From contig WLIL01000001.1 in NCBI GenBank assembly GCA_009702245.1, forward strand, positions 1 to 54,991: DNA of 54,991 bases, read 5' to 3'. Positions within the stretch are counted from its first letter, which is position 1; every line of letters starts with the position of its first letter. The position numbers and the translations under genes were made by a program. Source of the stretch: Actinomycetota bacterium. Its GTDB lineage: Bacteria; Actinomycetota; Actinomycetes; Nanopelagicales; Nanopelagicaceae. Positions 36,467 to 43,863 of the stretch are shown piece by piece. Under the pieces are notes generated by a model. That model worked only from the letters and a program-made list of their open reading frames with translations. It was not told the DNA's origin and made no database searches.

Positions 36467-36518
36467 CTCTCACTCCTGACTATCTAGATCTCAAAACGTG
36501 TTTTAGCACTCCTGATGT

Positions 36519-36524
36519 TAGGAT
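36519..36524 (+). promoter_or_regulatory. -10 element (TAGGAT) positioned for a leaderless plsC-like transcript
   Basis: The TANNNT hexamer ends 6 nt before ATG 36531, with no Shine-Dalgarno sequence. Confidence 0.35.
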
Positions 36525-36530
36525 TTTGGC

Positions 36531-37235
36531 ATGACTTTGCCACGAAAAGTTGGTTTCTGGTTCTGGTTCGCCTCGTCCCTGGCACGCCCCGTTGCCTTTT
36601 TAATTTGTAAGCGTGAGTGGCGTGGTCGTTCCAATATTCCAAGGACTGGCTCAGTGATTATTGTCGCAAATCATATTTCGATGGTAGATCCCTTGCTTTT
36701 TGAACACTTTGTTTACATGAGCGGGCGCGCACCAAGAGTCTTTATCAAGTCATCACTCTTCAAAGTACCCATGCTGGGTAAGATCCTCGTAAAGACCGGA
36801 CAATTTCGGGTGCCTCGTGATTCTCAGAGTATGTCGGAAGTTCTAGGCGAGGCAAAGACCGCGCTTTTACGTGGGGATCTTGTGAGTATCTACCCCGAAG
36901 GAACGATTACCCGAGAACCTCATCTTTGGCCCATGAAAGGCAAGCACGGAGCCGCAAGATTAGCCCTGGAAACAAATGTTCCAGTGATTCCTTGCGCCCA
37001 ATGGGGCGCCCAGCAGCTCCTCCCGCCGTATAGCAAGAAATTTAAGTTCTTCCCAAGGCCTACGAGCATCGTTCATGCCGGTCCACCTGCAGACCTCTCC
37101 AGATGGCAGGGCAAAGAGGTAACTAAAGAAGTTCTTGATGAAGTTACAGAGTATTTCATGGGTCTTATCACGGCGCTGTTGGAAAAAATTCGCCATGAAG
37201 AGGCTCCAAAAATTCGCTTTGTCTACGAAAAGTAA
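36531..37235 (+). CDS. plsC: 1-acyl-sn-glycerol-3-phosphate acyltransferase family protein (PlsC-like)
   Basis: 234 aa. It has the HX4D motif (ANHISMVDP), the second acyltransferase block YPEGTITRE and the third block VPVIPCAQWG. Confidence 0.8.
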   Translation: MTLPRKVGFWFWFASSLARPVAFLICKREWRGRSNIPRTGSVIIVANHISMVDPLLFEHFVYMSGRAPRVFIKSSLFKVPMLGKILVKTGQFRVPRDSQSMSEVLGEAKTALLRGDLVSIYPEGTITREPHLWPMKGKHGAARLALETNVPVIPCAQWGAQQLLPPYSKKFKFFPRPTSIVHAGPPADLSRWQGKEVTKEVLDEVTEYFMGLITALLEKIRHEEAPKIRFVYEK

Positions 37236-37330
37236 ATGAAGACCAGTCCCAAATTATTCAGGGCTGATCTTCACTTACTTAACTTCTAGCTAAAACACAT
37301 GTGCTCTCAAAGTTTCAAGAGCGAGGTAGC

Positions 37331-38620
37331 TTACAAGAAGCTCTTAGGCTTGCTTGCAAACTCCCAGATAGGGCTGAGTTTTGAATGAAACTCGGAGTAA
37401 TCGAGGCGCTTATCGGCTCCACCAAATTTAGAGATATAGCGATGTGCCTCACGGGAATCCAATCCCCACTCTAAGAGCAACATTTCAATCTCCACCATTT
37501 CAATGAAGCCCGATTCATCAATATCTAGTTGATTGAAAACGAATTTGGACTTCTCTGCTGGGGTCTGCATATGAGATGAAGCTTCTTTTGAGAGCACTTC
37601 CTGAGCCCGGCCTGACAACCAGATGGTTGAGGTAAAGGTGCCGAAATCAATGCCGTTTGATTTACCGAAATTACTCATGAAGGACTCCTTCACGTCAGAG
37701 TTGGCTCCCCACTCGTTGAGCAAATTCTCCATTTCGCTAATCTTTAAGGAACCTGACTTATCTACATCGAGATAATCAAAGACAGCGCGAGCGTTCTCTT
37801 TTGACGGACTATCCAACGACGATCCCATGTTCTTCTGAGTCCAGAGAGCTCTCAAATTACTATCGATAATGGATCCGCGTTCTTTCTCGTCAAACATATC
37901 CGACCATTGGGCAGCTGTTGGCTTGACGATCGTCTTCATCAAGACTGTCCATGCAAGAAGAATCAGCATCATCAGTAGTGGGCTTTCAGGGCCAAGGATG
38001 AACGGCAGGACGGTAGCTCCGGCAAGAAGCATGCGAACTGTGTAGCCACCCTGACTAAACGCTCCTACTTTATATAGGAAATATCCATAGATGCGCATAA
38101 AGGCATACGCCTGAAGTGCCATCCAAGTACGTTCAAGCCAGACAATGTTGCCATCTTCCATCACAAGCCTGACTGCGCAATAGAAGTGTGTTGCGATCAC
38201 TCCCAGGTAGGCAGGATAGGTCAATCCCTTTGAGCCAAAAGCACCTGGTGCCTGATACAACGACGATGGAACATGGCCAAAAATTGCAAGACAGCCAACC
38301 ACGATCGCAAGTGTGGTGTTTTGGGTCACCCAAGCGACGACACCCAAAACAACCTCTAAAGATCCGCTGAGCGCATGGATGCGAATAGAAGTTATCCGAT
38401 TTTTCATGAGAACAAATTTGGGATGATGCGGTTCAGTCGCGTGGAATCGGATAATAAACACGTTTCCAAAAATTGCGATTACCCCAGCAAGAAGAAAACC
38501 GAGACTCGTATTCCTTGTTGTTACCACCTCGTTATCTGGAAGTACATCAAGCAAGAAAAAGATAGATCCCATCACCCCAACAAACAGGATTATGCTGGCA
38601 GCTCGCATTTTTGAACTCAT
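37331..38620 (-). CDS. polytopic membrane protein with a C-terminal double EF-hand pair (paralogue 1); unknown family
   Basis: 429 aa with an ATG start after GGAGGA. There are about 7-8 hydrophobic segments in residues 1-232. Canonical Ca2+ loops are DVDKSGSLKISE (37733-37768) and DIDESGFIEMVE (37490-37525), each followed by a degenerate partner loop. Confidence 0.85.
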   Translation of the reverse strand: MSSKMRAASIILFVGVMGSIFFLLDVLPDNEVVTTRNTSLGFLLAGVIAIFGNVFIIRFHATEPHHPKFVLMKNRITSIRIHALSGSLEVVLGVVAWVTQNTTLAIVVGCLAIFGHVPSSLYQAPGAFGSKGLTYPAYLGVIATHFYCAVRLVMEDGNIVWLERTWMALQAYAFMRIYGYFLYKVGAFSQGGYTVRMLLAGATVLPFILGPESPLLMMLILLAWTVLMKTIVKPTAAQWSDMFDEKERGSIIDSNLRALWTQKNMGSSLDSPSKENARAVFDYLDVDKSGSLKISEMENLLNEWGANSDVKESFMSNFGKSNGIDFGTFTSTIWLSGRAQEVLSKEASSHMQTPAEKSKFVFNQLDIDESGFIEMVEIEMLLLEWGLDSREAHRYISKFGGADKRLDYSEFHSKLSPIWEFASKPKSFL

Positions 38621-38746
38621 GATTTCTTCCTCCGTTGATTGAACTCAGTTTCCTGCGGTTTTGGTTCTTTGCTGCTTCAAGACCCATCATTTATTTGACT
38701 TCTCGCTTGGCCAAACCTGCTCTCAAAGCACCAAGAGCAAAGTAAC

Positions 38747-40036
38747 TTACAAGAAGCTCTTCGGCTTGCTAGCAAACTTCCAAATAGGGCTGAGCTTGGT
38801 GTGGAACTCAGCGTAATCTAGACGCTTATCAGCTCCACCAAATTTAGAGATATAGCGCTGTGCCTCTCGGGCATCCAACCCCCACTCTAGGAGCAACATT
38901 TCGATTTCCACCATTTCAATAAAACCAGATTCATCTAGATCTAGTTGATTGAAAACGAATTTGGACTTTTCTTCTGGGGTAGTCAGATTGGAGACTGCAT
39001 CCTTGGAAAGAACTTCCTGCATTCGACCTGATAACCAAATAGTTGAGGTGAAGGTGTGGAAATCGATCCCATTTGATTTCCCAAAATTGTTCATAAAGGA
39101 TTCTTTGATACTGGTATTTGCTCCCCACTCATTCAGCAAACTCTCGATCTCACTAATCTTTAATGACCCTGACTTATCTACATCAAGATAGTCAAAGACA
39201 GCGCGAGCGTTCTCCTTCGACGTGCCTTCAGCGGCAGAACCAAGATTCTTCTGAGTCCAGAGGGTTCGCATATTGTAATCAATGACTGCGCCTCTCTCCT
39301 TCTCATCAAAAGCATCCGCCCATTGAGCACTAGTGGGTCTGACAATTGTCTTGATGAGGACGACCCAAGCAACAAGGATCAGCATCATCAGCAAAGGACC
39401 CACAGGGCCCAAGATGAACGGCAAAATAGTAGCTCCCGACAGGAGCATATGAACTGAGTAGCCGCCTTCCTTGAATGCTCCTAATCTAAAGAAGAAGTAA
39501 CCGTAGATGCGCATAAACGCATACGCCTGAAGCGCCATCCACGTCCGCTCAAGCCACAGGATATTTCCATCTTCCATCACAAGCCGCACGGCGCAATACA
39601 GATGTATAGCGATAACTCCCAGGTAAGCAGGATAGGTTAAACCCTTCGATCCAAAAGCACCCGGAGCTTGATACAACGACGATGGGACATGGCCAAAAAT
39701 CGCAAGGCAGCCAACCACGATGGCAAGCGTGGTGTTTTGTGTCGACCATGCCACTATCCCCAGGACGACCTCTAGCGATCCACTAATCGCATGAACTCTG
39801 ATAGAAATCAAGCGATCAGTCATCATGTCAAATTTAGGATGAGCCGGTTCAGTGGCGTGATATCGAATAATGAATATGTTTCCAAATATCGCTACCAGCG
39901 CAGCAATCATGAATCCAAGGGTAGTGTTTCGGACAGTGACGACTTCTTGCTCCGGCAGTACGTCAAGCAAGAAGTAAATCGAACCAATAATTCCAGCAAA
40001 AAGTACAACACTCGCCAATCGCATTTTCGAACTCAC
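38747..40036 (-). CDS. polytopic membrane protein with a C-terminal double EF-hand pair (paralogue 2); unknown family
   Basis: 429 aa with a GTG start after GGAGGAG. It is colinear with paralogue 1 without indels and has the loops DVDKSGSLKISE and DLDESGFIEMVE. Confidence 0.85.
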   Translation of the reverse strand: MSSKMRLASVVLFAGIIGSIYFLLDVLPEQEVVTVRNTTLGFMIAALVAIFGNIFIIRYHATEPAHPKFDMMTDRLISIRVHAISGSLEVVLGIVAWSTQNTTLAIVVGCLAIFGHVPSSLYQAPGAFGSKGLTYPAYLGVIAIHLYCAVRLVMEDGNILWLERTWMALQAYAFMRIYGYFFFRLGAFKEGGYSVHMLLSGATILPFILGPVGPLLMMLILVAWVVLIKTIVRPTSAQWADAFDEKERGAVIDYNMRTLWTQKNLGSAAEGTSKENARAVFDYLDVDKSGSLKISEIESLLNEWGANTSIKESFMNNFGKSNGIDFHTFTSTIWLSGRMQEVLSKDAVSNLTTPEEKSKFVFNQLDLDESGFIEMVEIEMLLLEWGLDAREAQRYISKFGGADKRLDYAEFHTKLSPIWKFASKPKSFL

Positions 40037-40098
40037 GACTTACTCCTCCAATTGATTGTGTAAAGGATTGATTGCTAGGTTTGATCGAAACACTCTAG

Positions 40099-41040
40099 TT
40101 AGGAAATACGTTCACACAGCTGATCTATGACCGCCGAATTTTCCTCAATCATTTTGAGGCCAATTTCACGAACCGCCGCCATATTTTCTGGCCGAGCATC
40201 ATCAATGGCGCTTCGACCATCCTTGAAGACCGGCGTAATACGGAAATAGTGGGCTTTTCTTAAGATATGGGACAACTGCCAGTCGATGCTTAGATTGCTC
40301 GCCTGAGAAGTGATGTCAAATAGCGGACGAGCCCACTTAACTAGGCCCCAATCTTTGGTGTCGTCATAGGTCAAGTCTTTAGAAATCGATCCAGTACCTA
40401 AGGAAACAACCGTCATATCATCTTCATCGAATCCCAACGACTGTGCATGAGCAAACGCACACATGGCGGGATTATTTGCGAAGACAGCGCCGTCAATGTA
40501 TGCCCTCTCGCCCGCATGATGTTGGTTTGGTTCAAAAAAGGTAGGGGCTGAGCTGGTAGAACGTGCGACGAAACGCATGCTGTGATTCTCATGCGGGTCT
40601 TCTAGGGCCGCTGAACGAGTAAAGAAATGTGGAACTCCCTTCTCCACTTCGTAAGCGGGAATGAGTACCTCAACACGAGATTCGCTCATGAGTGAATCAC
40701 CAAAAAGTTCCGCAAGAACGCTCTCGAAGCCATCAGCGCTGTACTTCTCGTGTGTGACTCCGCGCAATAAATCTAATTTGCCGGTCTTCTTAAAAGGAAA
40801 AATCGTGGCGAAAGAACGCGCATAAAGCTCATCGATTCCGTCAGCGCTCCAGAATGCAGATCCGTCTTTCGCCGCACGCGACATTGCAAGGGCAATTTGC
40901 CCTCCAGCCGAGGTACCAGCGATGAGATCGAAGCAGTCAGAGAGCGGCTTTCCCATTCGCTTCTCTATTTCACAGAGCACAACTCCTGGGATAAGACCCC
41001 GGACGCCACCACCATCAATCGAGAGAATTCGATAGCTCAT
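40099..41040 (-). CDS. patatin-like phospholipase
   Basis: 313 aa. It has the oxyanion motif DGGGVRG, the nucleophile elbow GTSAGG and a catalytic Asp in IDGAVFANNP. It lies 62 nt upstream of EF-hand paralogue 2. Confidence 0.9.
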   Translation of the reverse strand: MSYRILSIDGGGVRGLIPGVVLCEIEKRMGKPLSDCFDLIAGTSAGGQIALAMSRAAKDGSAFWSADGIDELYARSFATIFPFKKTGKLDLLRGVTHEKYSADGFESVLAELFGDSLMSESRVEVLIPAYEVEKGVPHFFTRSAALEDPHENHSMRFVARSTSSAPTFFEPNQHHAGERAYIDGAVFANNPAMCAFAHAQSLGFDEDDMTVVSLGTGSISKDLTYDDTKDWGLVKWARPLFDITSQASNLSIDWQLSHILRKAHYFRITPVFKDGRSAIDDARPENMAAVREIGLKMIEENSAVIDQLCERIS

Positions 41041-41073
41041 AACCTGCCCCCTTGAATCAGAAAAATATTTTTA

Positions 41074-41105
41074 GACAGAGGTCAGAGTAACTTGTGGCCT
41101 CTGTC
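41074..41105 (-). terminator. hairpin with a trailing A/U-rich tract between the secreted-protein gene and the patatin gene
   Basis: On the minus strand, gacagagg(cc)...(ga)cctctgtc forms an 8-10 bp stem followed by uaaaaauauuuuuc. It ends 33 nt upstream of ATG 41040. It could instead be a leader structure of the patatin mRNA. Confidence 0.4.
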
Positions 41106-41246
41106 CACGGAACTATTTCAATGTGGCTCTTTAGTTTTTTCCTCAGACGTAGCCAGCTATTCATGAATCCGGGGGTTAACCCCTCATTCCAGTTCAATGC
41201 ACCAAAGTTGCTTTCTACAAGCTTCCTACTTTTTTAAGGGAAGAGG

Positions 41247-43016
41247 CTATTTCTTTTTGAAGCCCACCGGACACTTCGGGTTAATAGAAGTGACCTTCTT
41301 GGTCGATTTGCCCTTTACACACGTAATTGTTGATGCCGTGGCCTTCGCTGGCGCCACCTTGACGGCAGTAGGTGTAGCCGCAGCGGGCACAGATGCCGCT
41401 GGAGTGGGAGCACTAGAAGCCTTTGAAGGTGTCGCCACCGGAATAGGGGCACTCTGGCTCAACTTGATTCTGATTGTCGGGGACGAGAAAGTGAAATTGG
41501 CGGCGCTTAAACGCATCCACCCGTCACGTTCGCTGACCGTCTCGGTGGCAACTTCTGAGGTTGAACCATCGGTGGACGTGACGCTGATGGTCGCTTGAAT
41601 CGGCGCGGTCGAGAATCCATAAATGCAACGCGCAACTTCTGAGCGAATAGCAAGATCGTACGTTCCTTTAAAGAGCTTGCCATCTGCTTTAAGGTGAGCG
41701 CCCGCGACTTTGTACGTCAACGTACCATCCGTGATTTTCGGTGGTCCTGAATCATAGACGGGAGCATTTGTGGTTACGAGACCCAACAGTTTAGTTTTGT
41801 CCGCGAAACAACTTCCGCTACCGCTCGTTATACCGTTGTAATTTGTCGAGCCAAAACTCCAATTAGTGTCTTGCCTAAAATCTGGGTCGTTGCCACTATA
41901 GGCCTGCATCTGAGACTCGAAGAGTTTGAAATCCTCAAACCTGTCTCTGCCGCTACCCAGCGATCCATCGAAGAAATTACTTTCAAGCATCTTTGCGCAC
42001 GTTGTGTAGAAACCAGGCATGGTGCATTGCGCCTGGAATTTAGCGTTAATGTCAGGATATTTATCAAGCTCGTTCTTCTTCACATACCCAACTAATGTAG
42101 GGACCGATTGCGCAGTACCTGCGACAGTAAGCAAATTATTCTCGGCATCAATAGGAACAACTGAAACCTGCGTCTCCGACATTCTTCCAAATAACCATCC
42201 AGTCAATTGATTATCTACGCGAAGAGTGAGAGAGACTTTTGTTCCGGCCAAGAAGTCTTGGTGCATAAAGCAAAGTCCATCCAACATTTGCGAGCACTTT
42301 GCATAAGTTACTGAGTTTGGTTGATTATCGGCACAAGCCCATCCAAAGGAAACATTTGTGTTCCCGCCAAGACTTGGTTCTGCCTTCTCACAAGGTCTAG
42401 CTTGGCGCGCACCGGCGTCTTGGCTCATGTCCATAGGAGATACCACTACGTTGAAAGAATTCCTGGAAAAAAAAGAAGTAGCTTTATTGAGACTATAAGC
42501 GACTGCTGCAGTCACCATATAAGTTCCATTACCACCAGTGTGTGGAGATTTTGGAGCGTTCCAGACGCTCACACCACCACCAGCACCAGTCTTCAGAGTT
42601 GGATTCGCCGGTATTTGCTGTGTGGTCGCTTCCATCACCAGCGAGGCAGTTTCCTTTGTTCCATCACTCTTAAGGAAATCTAAGCTCTGTATACAGAAAG
42701 TATCCGTAGCGGTTCGACATACCGGGATTACAAGATTAGCAATGAGCGTATCTGCGTCCAAGCAATGCGCATCAGTTGCGCTAAATGTAGTACAAGACCG
42801 TTGTGAAAATTGCCCACCATTCTTCGCGTTATACATCGCAGAGACAGACGAAATTGTTTGAAAGGCTTGGCTTTCCTGAATAATCGCTCCGTAAATTTGC
42901 TGATTAATTAAATCCTTAGGCGTAACCACATTGGAAGATGCCACCGAAGGTAAGAGAAAAACCATTAACAGGGCTATGAGAGCGGAGAGAGCGCCTCGCG
43001 ACCGTTGTTTAGTCAT
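41247..43016 (-). CDS. Cys-rich secreted protein of unknown function with a Pro/Ala/Ser linker and a C-terminal C-x15-C lysine-rich module
   Basis: 589 aa. It has an N-terminal signal peptide (ALIALLMVFLLPSVASS), many paired cysteines and no recognisable catalytic motif. The C-terminus reads ...APIPVATPSKASSAPTPAASVPAAATPTAVKVAPAKATASTITCVKGKSTKKVTSINPKCPVGFKKK. Confidence 0.8.
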   Translation of the reverse strand: MTKQRSRGALSALIALLMVFLLPSVASSNVVTPKDLINQQIYGAIIQESQAFQTISSVSAMYNAKNGGQFSQRSCTTFSATDAHCLDADTLIANLVIPVCRTATDTFCIQSLDFLKSDGTKETASLVMEATTQQIPANPTLKTGAGGGVSVWNAPKSPHTGGNGTYMVTAAVAYSLNKATSFFSRNSFNVVVSPMDMSQDAGARQARPCEKAEPSLGGNTNVSFGWACADNQPNSVTYAKCSQMLDGLCFMHQDFLAGTKVSLTLRVDNQLTGWLFGRMSETQVSVVPIDAENNLLTVAGTAQSVPTLVGYVKKNELDKYPDINAKFQAQCTMPGFYTTCAKMLESNFFDGSLGSGRDRFEDFKLFESQMQAYSGNDPDFRQDTNWSFGSTNYNGITSGSGSCFADKTKLLGLVTTNAPVYDSGPPKITDGTLTYKVAGAHLKADGKLFKGTYDLAIRSEVARCIYGFSTAPIQATISVTSTDGSTSEVATETVSERDGWMRLSAANFTFSSPTIRIKLSQSAPIPVATPSKASSAPTPAASVPAAATPTAVKVAPAKATASTITCVKGKSTKKVTSINPKCPVGFKKK

Positions 43017-43050
43017 TTCTGAAGCATAGCCAACAGTGGGAACCTAGTCA

Positions 43051-43125
43051 TGGGGCCGCCTCGGGGATTTGAACCCCGGACCTACGCATTACGAGTGCGT
43101 TGCTCTACCCCTGAGCTAAGGCGGC
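43051..43125 (-). tRNA. tRNA-Thr (anticodon CGT), CCA encoded
   Basis: The minus strand reads GCCGCCT-TA-GCTC-AGGGGTA-GAGC-A-ACGCA-CTCGTAA-TGCGT-AGGTC-CGGGG-TTCAAAT-CCCCG-AGGCGGC-C-CCA. This is a full cloverleaf of 75 nt with a T-loop (TTCAAAT) and the anticodon loop CT-CGT-AA. Confidence 0.9.
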
Positions 43126-43128
43126 ATA

Positions 43129-43144
43129 GAGAGGCTTGCCTCTC
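43129..43144 (-). terminator. short GC hairpin between the VOC gene and the tRNA
   Basis: gagaggc-tt-gcctctc is a palindrome (effective 6-bp stem, 4-nt loop) sitting 4 nt upstream of the tRNA 5' end. Its function is uncertain; it could be a terminator or a processing element. Confidence 0.25.
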
Positions 43145-43165
43145 CGGGTCAAAGTTTACTTGAGA

Positions 43166-43822
43166 TTAATCGAGACGAATAGTGCCGCGTTCGGTGCGCA
43201 GATGTACTGCAACCAAACCGGATTCACCATCGTTGTCTGCGGGATCAATCCAAATTACTTCAATGTCATCGAGTGGGTGATCATCTGGTTCGCCGAGCCA
43301 TGCAGAGATAACCGCAGGATCGCCAGCGATTTCCAACTTCTCAATAATTGGGTGGCCATTGGCGCCACTTGAAGGATGGTGCGCGGCATCGGTAATCCAT
43401 TGAACGAAGAAGGGAAGTTGTGGATCTTCCATCGTGGACTTCACACCGAGTTGCTTCCACTCCAAATCAAAACCATCGGGACGACGACGGTGACCAGTTA
43501 CTGGCTCGCGACCCACACGTTCCTGCACTGTAGAAATATCGTCAACGGCAACGACCCATGTAAGCCATCCACCACCTTCGCGAGCGCGCTGCGATACTGC
43601 TTGGCCAAATGCTGCACTATCTGCAGCCGGGTGATCGAGTGGGCAGACCACTTCGAGATAAGTACCGCCGTGAAGCGGAAGGATGAAGTTGCGCGTTCCG
43701 AAACGAGGATGAATTCCTCCGTCTTGAAAGGCAGCACCCAGGCTGGAACCGATTCGCTGAACGACATCGACCAGGTGGTCGTGGTCAGCTACATAAGAGA
43801 CATGGTCTAAACGCACACCCAA
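43166..43822 (-). CDS. VOC / glyoxalase-like domain protein
   Basis: 218 aa with a TTG or GTG start. The N-terminal ...RLDHVSYVADHD... and GGIHPRFGTRNFILPL fit the glyoxalase-like (PF13468-type) fold. Confidence 0.65.
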   Translation of the reverse strand: MGVRLDHVSYVADHDHLVDVVQRIGSSLGAAFQDGGIHPRFGTRNFILPLHGGTYLEVVCPLDHPAADSAAFGQAVSQRAREGGGWLTWVVAVDDISTVQERVGREPVTGHRRRPDGFDLEWKQLGVKSTMEDPQLPFFVQWITDAAHHPSSGANGHPIIEKLEIAGDPAVISAWLGEPDDHPLDDIEVIWIDPADNDGESGLVAVHLRTERGTIRLD

Positions 43823-43863
43823 ATCCTGCCCTATCGGAAGGGGTGCTAATTACCACATGTGCC

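Larger units (their letters stand above)
37300..40060 (-). repeat. tandem gene duplication (period 1416 nt) of the EF-hand membrane protein gene with its flanks
   Basis: Stops are at 37331 and 38747 and starts at 38620 and 40036. Similarity extends about 30 nt past each stop, including the hairpins at 37303-37322 and 38718-38739, and into the GGAGGA ribosome-binding regions. Confidence 0.85.

Noticed and set aside
40099-41040. The patatin gene as a CBASS/CapV-type anti-phage effector.
   Set aside because: No CD-NTase/cyclase, ubiquitin-like accessory genes or other defence genes are adjacent. The neighbours are lipid and Ca2+-type genes, so a defence call is unsupported.
41166-41185. aatccgggggttaacccctc, containing the GGGGTTAACCCC palindrome and loosely resembling the tRNA-Thr T-arm (ggggatttgaaccccgga). 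It could be an att-site remnant.
   Set aside because: The similarity needs several indels and covers fewer than 15 matched positions. There is no integrase or second repeat, and chance resemblance is likely.
41197-41598. 133-aa plus-strand ORF antisense to the 3' end of the secreted-protein gene.
   Set aside because: It lies opposite the Pro/Ala/Ser/Thr linker, where low-complexity GC-rich codons keep the antisense frame open. It has no start context or motif, and the minus-strand ORF has a clear signal peptide and a continuous 589-aa frame.
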